A DNA stretch of 46,998 nt, the filler included, from Streblomastix strix (taxonomy: Eukaryota), in assembly GCA_008636045.1 (NCBI GenBank). It is 2 parts of 2 records of this genome, joined end to end, with 100 filler letters (N's around TTAATTAATTAA, not from the genome) between each part and the next. Parts side by side here need not be neighbours in the genome. Positions count along the whole stretch, not along the records: positions 23,563 to 46,998 come from SNRW01000284.1; 1 more part is not named here. One strand, given 5' to 3'. The notes under the pieces are model-generated. The model did not search any database and had not been told where the DNA came from. It was given only the letters and a program-made list of their open reading frames with translations. Each line of letters begins with the position of its first letter. Positions within the stretch are counted from its first letter, which is position 1. This document shows positions 28,150 to 39,606 of the stretch, in pieces. Made by a program: the position numbers and the translations under genes.

Positions 28150-28186
28150 ATAATTTGAAATCAATTTATTTTTGCAATTAAATTAA

Positions 28187-29231
28187 ATGGATGTCCTTGA
28201 ACATGCAACCTATGAATAATTATAAGCGATGAATGATGAACTAGATAAAATAAGAATGATTGATAATGAATAAAAATAATTCGAATTATTATGTGAAAAA
28301 TTAACTCCATTCATTGAATAATAAATAACTAAGTATTTTACTTATTTTAGTTAATATATCAGGAAACGTAAAAATGTTAACACATCTAATTTAATGACAT
28401 TAGATACTAATCAAACAGTAACAGGGTATAAATAATTCACACACTCAATCTAAGCGGATAAATTTTTAAAAAATAATGGAACAGGTAACTAAATATTGCT
28501 AGCAAATGGCGATACAACAGATATTGATTAATTTTTGCCTAAATAATATCCTCACGCGATGGGTTAATTGATTATTGAACCAAGTAATAATATATTAGAT
28601 TAAGGTATTAGGATAATGAAAAATAAAGCGAATTGGGATAGTTTTGTACTCACTGGCTGTAACACTGACCCCACAGATAGAGATGGGGTATGGAAAGTAG
28701 GTTCTACTTCATTATAATTTAGAGCATAAAAATAAGAATATCAAGCGTATGATTATAAGGGGTTCATTATTGATTTTGATTTTTGATTGTACATCTCTTA
28801 AATTCAACAATTAAATTATATCACCTAAACCTATTAATTATTCCCTAAAATAGGCATTTGGTTATGGAATGTATGAGCAATTAGTATGGGGTTCATTTAC
28901 ATCATAAAATGGTAGAGTTTATTTATCAGTGTAAGTAACGCATCACGATCCTAATACTGTATGGTAATCAACATGTACTATATTCTCAGTAATGAATAAT
29001 GATATAAAACCAAAATTTACAGGAACACCTTTTAGTATACTCCTTAATGCTGTTATGTTTGCGTAAAAAGTTATTTGTTATTCTATATGTTGGAATGGAG
29101 CTATTCCAATAGATTGTTATATTGACCATGATGGTCATGTTAGAACCAATACTTTATGTTAGCTCAGTTTACCAGATGACTTTTGTGTTTAAGTTTGTGA
29201 TTCATATGCCGTATATAATTAATCAACCTGA
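28187..29231 (+). CDS. Fibre-like protein 1 (phage tail-fibre-type repeats; frameshifted)
   Basis: NLMTLDTNQTVTGYKQF, FLKNNGTGNQILLANGDT, GIRIMKNKANWDSFVLTGC..GVWKVG, and a beta-rich C-terminus. TGA at 29229-29231. Confidence 0.65.
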
Positions 29232-29267
29232 TTAAGGGCTAATTATAGCTCTAATTCAGGGTAAAAG

Positions 29268-29320
29268 AAAAGGTAAATTGCACCAACGAAATAAATTTCA
29301 AAAATATTTTTAGTTTGACC
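29268..29320 (+). repeat. Bipartite intergenic repeat AAAAGGYARATTGCACC..TAGTTTGAC, copy A
   Basis: Related copies at 36024-36078 (+), 39667-39717 (-), 36671-36721 (-), 36760-36810 (-), 37531-37547 (-) and a degenerate one at 33669-33685 (-). Confidence 0.85.
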
Positions 29321-29356
29321 GAACATTAATTACTACATTAATTTTATACAATTTTA

Positions 29357-30376
29357 TCGCTTTAATATATTGAACGTATTTAATGATTTATTTATTATGA
29401 TAAACTCATATTTCTATAGGCTGCTATAAATAATCATAAATTCCTATTCATTTAATTCCTAAACATTATTTTCCTCATAAATCTGTTTCAAATTTTATTC
29501 TGATATGTTAGCCCCAACAGCAATCACATGACATATTATACGGGCTGATTTAAACAAATAACTTAGACTTTACGCGCAGAAGAATATGGTATTCTTACTA
29601 TGACGGCTATCTCTAACCAAATGAGTGATTGATCTAACCAGCTCACTAGTGTATCGTTAAATATCAGTATTAGATCCAATATCTTCAAATATCATTAATG
29701 TAGAGAGTAATGAAGAACTTTTCAATATAGGTATTTTTTAGAATTCTTATTCTCCAACTTGTTCTATTATTTTCAATTTTTTGGAATATTTAACCCCTTT
29801 AATTATCGGGGGAACGTTGAATCGCATAATTGTTGTGGGCTAACTATATTCATTAATTATTTTTATACATTCCGCAATAAATATATCCCGTAATCTATGT
29901 TACTATTATTTATCTGTTTCTTATTCGCCCCGTTAATCTTTTTATATATTATTGTCTTCTATCGGTTCTTTCATTCTAATTATGCAATCTGAATCATATC
30001 TAATATCTTGTTCTTTTAACTTCCAATGGGTATAAATTTCCTTAATTTTATATTTAGTTTCATCGAATTAAGGTAGAAAAAATTGTGCTTCTGCGTAAGT
30101 TATATTAATTAATTTTATATCTTTATTATTCAAATTAATCGCCATTGTTTCATCTGGTCCAAAATTAGAAAAATATAATATGTAGGGATTAATGTATTGT
30201 TAATATAGCAGAATTAGTTTCGCCATTAGAGTTGTTTTACCACTTCTAACCGATCCAACTATATAATGATTGGCGTTAATGTGAAAAATTGAATGTGGGT
30301 CTAATGGTCTAATTTTATATTCCTCTAGTAGTGATTGATCGACTAATGATATTTAATTTATTTATTAGGTACTCAT
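29357..30376 (-). CDS. A32/FtsK-HerA-type genome packaging ATPase (3' end approximate)
   Basis: Walker A YIVGSVRSGKTT, Walker B LMIFED, and the A32-type RDSRHSKNTIFFCAQ motif. Confidence 0.88.
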
Positions 30377-30390
30377 TTAAGTGAATATAA

Positions 30391-30738
30391 ATGTATGCGA
30401 TTAGTATAATATAATTAGTTTTAAATTACTTAATTTATGGGATTTATTTTATAGTATCGATTATCTCAGTTAGTGTACCAATCTAATATATTTCACTGAT
30501 TAAACAATTATGGGGGTATCTAGATATAATATTAGTTCCTATTAATATAATCGTATATATAATTTAATTTTGCTATCGTAGAAAGAAGATGAAATCAATT
30601 AGTGAATCATCACTCAAATAATTTACCACCGAATAATTGGAACAATTAATTAAGGAGGCAATCAAAAATAACGATATAAAACTAGCTAAAAAATTTCATC
30701 ATTAATTATATTTAAAGTTATTGAATAATTATCCCTGA
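30391..30738 (+). CDS. Small (115 aa) protein with two hydrophobic segments, putative membrane protein
   Basis: Intact frame MYAISIIQLVLNYLIYGIYFIVSIISVSVP..YLDIILVPINIIVYIIQFCYRRKK..YP-TGA. Confidence 0.65.
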
Positions 30739-30830
30739 TTAGTGTCATAAAGTTCAAGCCGTGAAATTTCGCGGAACGATTTTAGAGCTATAATTAGCCA
30801 AACATTAACTATTTATTTTTATACACTTAA

Positions 30831-32902
30831 ATGTAATAGATATAAGTGCTCACTAACTAGTAAAGAAGTGTTATTAGTTAATTAATTTCGACATAGATAT
30901 AGAATTATTTATAATAAGTGAAAAATAAAAGTAATAATTCAGGTGTAATTTAAGATGAAAATTACTAACTATTCATAGATAACTAATCCGCGTTAGTTCA
31001 TGCCGATAAATAATATATATCTGATGGACAAACTAGTAATTTTGCTTTAAAAATAAATATTGATGGTAAATTAATTGTTAAGGATTTATAGATGTTAAAT
31101 TTGGATTATATATAGTAAATAGTATAAATATAATAATAGATAAATTAATTACAATCGGAATACGGCCAATAATCTGCGGATATTAATAATAAAAATTAAT
31201 CAATAACATTAATTTAGCAGGAGTTAACTCGACAATCTCATTTTAAGGGATATTATTTACTTAATGCTGATATATTAAATTTACCCTCTAGCGCTATAGG
31301 TGATTTTGCCTTCTCGGCAGAAAGTGGTACGGTTTAGATGTATAAATCAGCATGGTATGATAGTGGATAATTAGTACCTGATTAAGTTACTCCCGCTAGT
31401 GATGCAACTCCGTTAGAAGATAGTGGAGCAGGTTGTGCTGCAATTAGTACTTCATATAGTAGAGGAGATCATATATACCCCCAATAATTAAATTATGATA
31501 ATGATATAACTGCAATTAAATTTATTAAGACAAGTGGAAAAAATCAATACATATTGCTAGCAAATGGGGATACAACTACAATAGATAATAAATTATCCCG
31601 AACATATAATGGTACTACAAGTGGATGGATTAGATTATGCGTATTTCCTGCTGGCGCTAGTGTTGGTAATCCTTTCATTGAATTTAAAATATATTCATCT
31701 TATAACGCTGTTCAAACCATTAGATTTTACCTTATTATACCGTTAATGGAATCAATACCGTATATGGAATATTTACTGCTCCAACTAAAGTTAGTTCACA
31801 CTATGACATTGATAATGGTGCAAATTATCTATTTCATAATCATACTGAATCAGGCACATCAGTTGTATATTAAGCATATGTTCGATTAGAATCAGCAGGT
31901 AACGTTACGATAGTAACTTCAGATTAAAGTACTTATTATACTAATAGAATAACAGAGATATTAACATAAGATGTAGTCTCAGGAGTATCAAATGGTGCAT
32001 AAATACCAATTACTTATGATTTAGCTAATGGTGGAATAATTAATAATATGCTATAAGTTAATCCAACTGGCCGAACATATACTACATATAATAATGGTAT
32101 TATAATAGGAAATTATAACACAGAATATTCATTTTTATATTTAGGATGTTCAACAACAGCTATAAATACAACTTAATTAGGTTAATGAGAAATAAGTAAA
32201 ACAAGTGATAGGGCATTTGCAATTAACCAATCATCATTGTGATATGCTGACCATAGTGTTGGTCTAAGTATTAATGGTGATTGTACATAAATAAAATTTA
32301 ATGCTAATGAATTGGTTAATGTTGGAACTGACTAAACAATTACTGGTAGAAAAATATTCAAAAATAATCAACTTGAAATATAGCAAAATGAATCAACAAA
32401 CTCATTAATTTTGATCAATAATAATAATGGTTATTATGAATAATTATTTAATAGTAATGAATTAGTAATGTCAATTAATACTACTTATCCAGTTGGAACT
32501 TCATTATATTTTAATTATCGGGGTAGTAATTTAAGTTCATAATATCCAAATTCTAAATTAATTACTAATTATGTTCTAAACGCAGGAACAAGTAGTTCGT
32601 TTGCTGGTGATACATCAGGGAATATATAAATTAATCCTACGGCATTTAGTTATGATGATGGTTTGAGAATATTCAGATCTGATACAAATGCAGGTAATTC
32701 ATCGATTTAGTTAGGATGTAATTGAATATCTAATAGTGGATATATTGATGGATAATGGGTAATATTTACGCCAGCAAATAGCACTGAAATTAACTCTTAA
32801 GGTATTGTAATAGCCGTATCATCTTAAGCTGGAGATAATACTAGAGGTTTATAAATCAGTGCTGAAAGAAACACATTAACTTTCAATGGTAGAGTATTAT
32901 GA
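30831..32902 (+). CDS. Fibre-like protein 2 (modular tail-fibre-type repeats; several frameshifts and TGA stops)
   Basis: PDQVTPASDATPL..YSRGDHIYP, FIKTSGKNQYILLANGDT, TDQTITGRKIF, and two NP..G-I..LGC..GQW..GL-I..FN modules. Ends TLTFNGRVL-TGA. Confidence 0.7.
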
Positions 32903-32921
32903 AAAATTTAATTTTATTTAA

Positions 32922-33149
32922 ATGGACTAATTATTATAGACAGCAATCAAACTGGGATAAAAGATTAACGCGAACAATAGCGAAATATATTATATTTATT
33001 AAGCTCTAATCGAACCAATAAAATGTGAAGAAAGTGAAAAAATAATTACTTAAGCAAACATAGAGGATGTAGGGGAATATATTGGAGATAAGTGTTCGGA
33101 AATGATAAATTACATTAATTACTTATCGATAATAGCTTCGCATGAGTGA
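32922..33149 (+). CDS. Small viral hypothetical protein (75 aa)
   Basis: TAAATG start with an open frame to the TGA at 33147-33149. Confidence 0.55.
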
Positions 33150-33154
33150 AATAT

Positions 33155-33584
33155 TCAGATTTAATTTAATGAATAATAATTACTGAACTATTTATTTCCT
33201 ACATCAGATACAAAATTATTATATATTTATTTGTCCTCATCATTTGCCTCTGTTAATATATAACGTTTTAATTTTTCAGCTTGAGAACTACATAATTATT
33301 TATACTAATTATATTAATTAATTACATTTATGATTATTTTAAGCGTAAATTTTATTAAGGTATTATTCTTGCTCTGCTTACTTATTAAAAAATTATAATT
33401 TTTATTATTGGTAATCAAACTGTTATTTTATCTTTTTCAACTTTTAGAATAGTAATAGTTGATCTAATTAGGGCTACATTAAGTTCTATAATTACTAAAT
33501 TATTTCAGATATAAGATCTTCTTGTATATTATTTTTGTTTAATTGTTTGATTAACTATTTCAATTATATTATTAATGATTCCAT
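33155..33584 (-). CDS. Viral hypothetical Q/K/L-rich helical protein (possible frameshift)
   Basis: TAAATG start MESLIIQLKQLIKQL. Ends QI-TGA. Confidence 0.5.
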
Positions 33585-33810
33585 TTAATTAGAGATAAAA
33601 TTAACTTAAATTAGCGCTGTAATTATCCCAATGATTAATTTCCAACTATTTTTGAAAAATAAAAGTTTGGCGCAATCCGCTTTCTCGTTTGCTTAAATTA
33701 GTATTTTTCAACTAGTGTATAAATTAACCCATGAATTAATGTATAAATTAATTGCCAAATATTTTTGAACCAAAGTTCTTATTAATCATATTTATATGTA
33801 AAAATAATCA

Positions 33811-34014
33811 TCATCGATTAAGGAACTTATTTGCCATTCCTGCTGCACCACATACACCTCTTGCTATCATACTAGTTGTTGGATTAATCACACTTAATGG
33901 CCCTGAAACAACACCCATAATTTTATGAAGAACAGGAGCTACCCATTTAGCTGCAGAAGTTACCCAGTGTAAAATCTTTGAACCAAAATTCTTGAGACCT
34001 GACCAAAATCCCAT
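33811..34014 (-). CDS. 67-aa amphipathic peptide resembling the adenovirus protein VI membrane-lytic helix
   Basis: MGFWSGLKNFGSKILHWVTSAAKW. TAAATG start, intact frame, divergent from the MCP gene. Confidence 0.75.
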   Translation of the reverse strand: MGFWSGLKNFGSKILHWVTSAAKWVAPVLHKIMGVVSGPLSVINPTTSMIARGVCGAAGMANKFLNR

Positions 34015-34047
34015 TTATTAATTGAAATAAATTTTAAACTAATACAA

Positions 34048-35990
34048 ATGTCGTTCAGAGTTTCAGATTATTTAGCTCGTTTAACGAAAGCATCACATTC
34101 GGATTATGTTTCATCATACTCTGCACTAAATGAAGTGTTAAGAACATTAAATATTGAACCTTAATCATTCGTACTATCTAAATAGGAATTTTTTGACTAG
34201 CCAAGAAATATTTTAACTTCAGGTGGTACTAGATAGACTCGTGCTCCATTAGGGGCTTGAGGTAGTGCAACATGTTGTTGTGTTTAGATCAGTTAAGTTA
34301 ATTGGACAATTACCATACCCGCTAATACTATAGGTATATAATTAAATAAAGTAAATTTAACATAAGGTACGTTATCTAACATAGAATTTCCCAGATCTAG
34401 AACAAACTTTAATGGAAAGGAGACAGCCACAACTGCACTAGCAGCAGATATAAAATAAGCAACATAAAAGTGTAATGTTAGCGAAACACTTAAATTTTGG
34501 TTAGACTTCTCAACTGCCTGTGGGCCATTCTAATAAATAGCTATATGAAGAGATAATACTAAATTATGGGAAATATCTATTTACGCTAGAGAACAGGTAG
34601 TTACATGTTCTAATTCGCTATCTGACTTCACCGTTAATAATAGTGTTACTGTTGTACCATTAGAAAGTATTGTTTAGGGCAAGCGTCATTGCGGTGTGTT
34701 TATCGATGTTCCTTTAGCCGATGTTGCTGATGCTTCTGTTACAACTGCTTATTTCTATCGCTATCCCCATGATATCACTTTCACTGGGGTTATGGATTTG
34801 AATTATCTTAACCCAATATTTAATGAATTTCCTGTACTGACTAGAAATTATGCTTCATTATATTTATAACTTTGGATGACCGATTTCCTATAAGATCTAA
34901 AAGTATTATAATTAAAAAAATCCAGATCGTTTGATACTTGTTTAGCTTACGCAATGATACCAGCGGAGAAATCAGTAATAATTACTTTACTAGATGATAG
35001 TGCTGCACTTAAAAGTGATTATTATTCTGTTCGATTGATTAATTATAGAGATCTTGGTAATGCTGATACTGACCCCAAAACAGTACATAGTAAATAGATA
35101 CTGCTTATTTTGATTATTTATCTATACATAATTTAAGTTTCACCATGGAAAATGAAATAGCGATAATCGATATGATTATAGCGTAAAAAATAATCCACTT
35201 TCCAACTTAAGTATTAAAGACCTAATCAACCAATTATCCTATGTCAGGTACTTAAATGTAAACAATAATGTCCTTCTTTAATATATAAAGTGTATTTATA
35301 ACATTCGCTATGTAATAATATCCAACATAGTTCTTCCCACTACTAATGAAGAAGATTGATTTAATAATTGACCAAAAACATGCGACATCTAATCCATATG
35401 AAGCACTAACTGCTGATGTTAATGGTTTGATTTTTTAGTGCTTCGTTGACTAGGATAATATATCAGCACCATCAGATCTTCATCGTTCACTTACTTTCGA
35501 GATAATTAATATAAATGATAAAAATTACTAATATAGAAAAGATACTGGACTTGCAGAATAATAAGATAATATATTTTTTAAAATAACTTTTTTTAAAGGA
35601 TCTAAAGCTATAAAAACATATTATCCGAATAAATTTATGCTAGCATGGAAACTAGCAACTGATGACTTATTCATGAGAGGATATAATAGTACAAGGATAG
35701 GTGCTAGAACTAATATACAAATGATATTCCATTATAATATTGTAGATGGAATTATAGATAATTTTAAGATTTTTAATACTAATCCTACAACTAGAGAGAA
35801 CTAAAACAATTTCGCTGGATTTATTGGAACTAGATGCTATCTTATTTCAATACAGATTGTGTAGACGCCACTGGTTCACCTCTTGTGTGATTCAATTGTA
35901 AGAATTATGTTCGATGATGCCCCTGAACCGTAAACATTAAATTTAGAAGCAATCGGAGAGATTGGTGGTAGTATGATCATGGGAGGTTGA
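34048..35990 (+). CDS. Putative major capsid protein (double jelly-roll inferred), with in-frame TGAs and probable frameshifts
   Basis: About 640 codons, beta-rich, with a C-terminal FMLAWKLATDDLFMRGYNS motif. Size and context match a Polinton-like MCP; the fold was not verified. Confidence 0.65.
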
Positions 35991-36000
35991 AACATTAATT

Positions 36001-36195
36001 ATTGGGCTAATTTTAGGTCATAGAAAAGGTAAATTGCACCTGTGATATTTTTTTTCAAAATTATTTTTAGTTTGACTGAATATTAATTTAAGCACTAATC
36101 AAGGGTTAATTTATACATTAATTACAACGTTAATCATGGGCTAATTTATACATCAATTCATGGGCTAATTTTAAAGGGCTATTTTTAGGTCCTAA
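36001..36195 (+). repeat. Repeat copy B plus a cluster of GGG(C/T)TAATTT(ATACAT) short direct repeats
   Basis: At least five GGGYTA(A/T)TT units immediately after the MCP stop. Confidence 0.75.
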
Positions 36196-36279
36196 TCAAG
36201 GAACCAATTTTGTTCGATAGAAATCGAGTGCCAAAATTTAGGCAGTCAAAAATAATCATATATAATATTTATGAAGTGG

Positions 36280-36594
36280 TGACTAATTAAATTTAGCTTA
36301 TTTTATTTAAATTACACATTCATCGAAGCACTAGCAAATATGTTGCCGCTCTAAAGAGTAGCAATTATGACAAATTATTCTATTTAAACTATTATTATTA
36401 TAATCTTATCGTTATTTTCCACTTGTTTCTACAATATCGTCGAATATTATTTTGAACTATTTATATTATTAAGGTGTTAATATTAATATTGATTTACCAC
36501 AATAAAGTATTAGATCTCCTCTATCAAAACTTAAATTTCCTATTACATTATAATTGAGTGAATATTCGTTATAGGGACAACATGACCATTACAT
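36280..36594 (-). CDS. Small Cys-rich viral hypothetical protein (3' end uncertain)
   Basis: TAAATG start MQWSCCPYNEY; CHNC..HICQCFDEC cluster. Confidence 0.45.
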
Positions 36595-36846
36595 TTATAT
36601 AAGATAAAAAAGTAAGAGGGAAATTTAACCCCCTTGTTTAATGTTTAAATTAAGATATAAGTTAATGTTTGGTCAAACTTTTAAATTTTTTTAAAAAAAT
36701 AATAGCGGTGCAATCTGCCTTCTGAAGTCTGAAAGTTAGAGCTAAAATTAACTTGAAAATCAAACCCAAACTAATTTTGAAAAAATAAACAGTGGTACAA
36801 TCTGCCTTTTTTTATTTTTATTTTTAATTTTTTATCCAGATAACAA

Positions 36847-37515
36847 ATGATCTTCCTTGATAAATATATAACAGATAAAGAATCAGCTTAAGATAAGATA
36901 AACAGAGTTAGCTATGAAATATAACGTTAAGGTTATGAATCAATAATATATTACCCCAGATATTTGATTAATGAATAATTAACTGTTTGATATACAAAGC
37001 TAGATAGGGAAGTTAATCCCTAATCAAAGAAAAGTAGAAGCGAGGGACTCATAGGGAGATAAATTAGATTGAACGATATCAACGGCAAACGTTGTGATTT
37101 GTCCTTCAGTTATCTCGTAGCTAAATAATTTATACCAAACGAGAACATTTATAAAAATAAAATATTCCACTTAGACAACGATCTCGAGAATGATGCAGTT
37201 GATAACTTATTATGGATGGACTAATTTAACTATAATAGATATAATACAAATAAATACTATTAAATAAGATCTAAAGATGAAATGAAAGATATAAATTTAA
37301 TCGATATATTTGAATAAAGAAATAGAATATTAGGTGATTACTACGTATTAAATGAAACACAGAATATTTGGTTTAACAACCTCAATAATGATACATATAT
37401 GTAGCTAAAAATAAATGATAATGGGAAAGGTAACTAATATGTTAATGTGTATGATTGTAATAAGGTTGAATTTAAAATGTACATCGAAATATTAATTAAA
37501 TAATTTAATAATTGA
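36847..37515 (+). pseudogene. Divergent HNH-like gene with an in-frame TGA at 36988
   Basis: YLVAKQFIPNENIYKNKIFHLDNDLENDAVDNLLWM. 223 codons in one frame. Confidence 0.7.
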
Positions 37516-37582
37516 AAATTTATTTTTGTTGGTGCAAACTACCTTTTTTATTTTATTTTTATTTTTTTTATCTGGTTTATAA

Positions 37583-38152
37583 ATGTAACAATTTACCACT
37601 CTTATTGTTGAGCCCACTTACGAAATTACTACCGAGTATCCATTGATAATTAGACTAATATCAGATAAATTTGTACATAAGATCTCGACTGAAAAAAGCG
37701 GTTATTAATAAATTGGTTTGAATGGTACTACGTATGGTATCCACAGATTAGTAGCCATTTAATTTATACCAACTGATGATCGAAATAGATAGGTCGATCA
37801 TATCAACCATAATCGTTCGGATAATTAACTAACTAATCTTCGCTGGTTATATACTAGTGAAAATTGTTTAAATAGAACCAAGCTCACTGGAACAAAAATA
37901 GAATAAATATTTATTGATACATTACCTTAAGATAAAATTACTATTACCGAATATGGTAAACACAAATTTGAAGATCTATATTTTATACCTAGTACAGATA
38001 AATTTTATAAATATAATGGGTCGTAATATAAATAATTATATGTTAATGAAAAATTAAATGGTGCCCTATTTGTTTATGCAGCTGATAGGAATGGTAAAGG
38101 CCACTAGCTTCATTAAATTAGAGTTAAGTGTTTGTTTAAAGTGGAAAATTGA
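37583..38152 (+). CDS. HNH homing-endonuclease-like protein (intact, 189 aa)
   Basis: IHRLVAIQFIPTDDRNRQVDHINHNRSDNQLTNLRW. Confidence 0.88.
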
Positions 38153-38175
38153 TAAAAATTATTTTTTATAAATAA

Positions 38176-39606
38176 ATGGCTGCATATTGTATGAAAGTAC
38201 TCTCTTCATCAACCGAATAGGAATTTGTTTAATGATAAACTACTATCCCATAAGGGTATAATTAATTTTAAGTCAATAGTATATGTAATGTACCGATTAA
38301 CTTAACATATTATTTAAACAATGATTACATTGAAATAACCCAGAATATTAGATCTACAGAAGATAAGTAAGTAATGGTATAGGAATAGTTACCAAATAAA
38401 TAATTTAAATTAACTGCTATTGATTAATTTCCTCTAATCAGAATTAAGATGAATACACACATTAATAATAATTATGTTAGTTAAGAAGACGACTAGGGAT
38501 ATAGATATAATCCATAAATTATTGCTCTTAGGAATAATTAATTTAATGAATTCGCAGATAATACCGAATAATATTTTAGTTTAGCTGATACAATTAATGG
38601 GAGACCAATTAGCTTTAATGCCGCCATAATTGAACATACATAAAAGTAATTAAATTAGTGTACCTTATGCTAAAATACAGGAGATGACATATGTTCTTCC
38701 GCTATTAATTATATTAATTTGCGACTTGATTCATTCTTATACTATTATTGGATCTGTTACTAATAATTATAAGTGGCCTTTCGCACGATCGGGTTAATTA
38801 AATTATATTGCCCTACAACAGATAATTTTATAACTAGTGCTGAACCATATATGTACGACCAAAATAAGTCCATTAGTGTTAGATATAGTTTTGGACTATA
38901 ATGTACTATTAATGGTGAACCAATATTATTAGCTGAAACATAACCAATTAATGTATAAGGGCCAAATTTGTAATTAATTACAAATTAAATTAATACATTT
39001 CCTATAAGAATAATATTTTCCCTACCAGCTCTATCTACTAATTAGTGGGATTATATTTATACTAGTGTACAGCGCGCTAGCGATTACGGTTAATTTGTAC
39101 CTGATATATTAGAATAATTAAATTGGGATAAGTTAGAACTACCAAATAAATTAGAAAAAAATGTACTTAATAAAAATTTCCATATATAATTAACAAATAG
39201 TAATTAGCTATACGAGAATAATGATCGTGTAAAATAAATGTAGTTAGAAACGTGGTATTATAAAGTTAAATATTAAACTTAGGACTACCATTAAACATTT
39301 CCTATATTTTGCCCTTTCATCGGTAATTTCATGGAGTATCCACAGATGTTAATAATAACAATGAACAATTAATAGAGAGGGCTAGCGATGGAAGTGTAGG
39401 ATAATATCTCATTTAGTAATGTTATATTCAAATAGAACTTAATTAGTGCACCAATAATATGGGGGTAAAATATGTTATCTCACACAAACGTAATTGGGTA
39501 AAATAAGGAAGTTGTATTTAAATTATACGATAATTTTGGTAGATAAGTTTCTGTACAATATATAGATATGTATAATAATTTACTATTAGAACTATAATAT
39601 AATTGA
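38176..39606 (+). CDS. Putative minor capsid (penton) protein, one in-frame TGA at 38233
   Basis: 477 codons in a single frame. The C-terminus VFKLYDNFGRQV..LLLELQY resembles single-jelly-roll penton ends. Confidence 0.6.
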
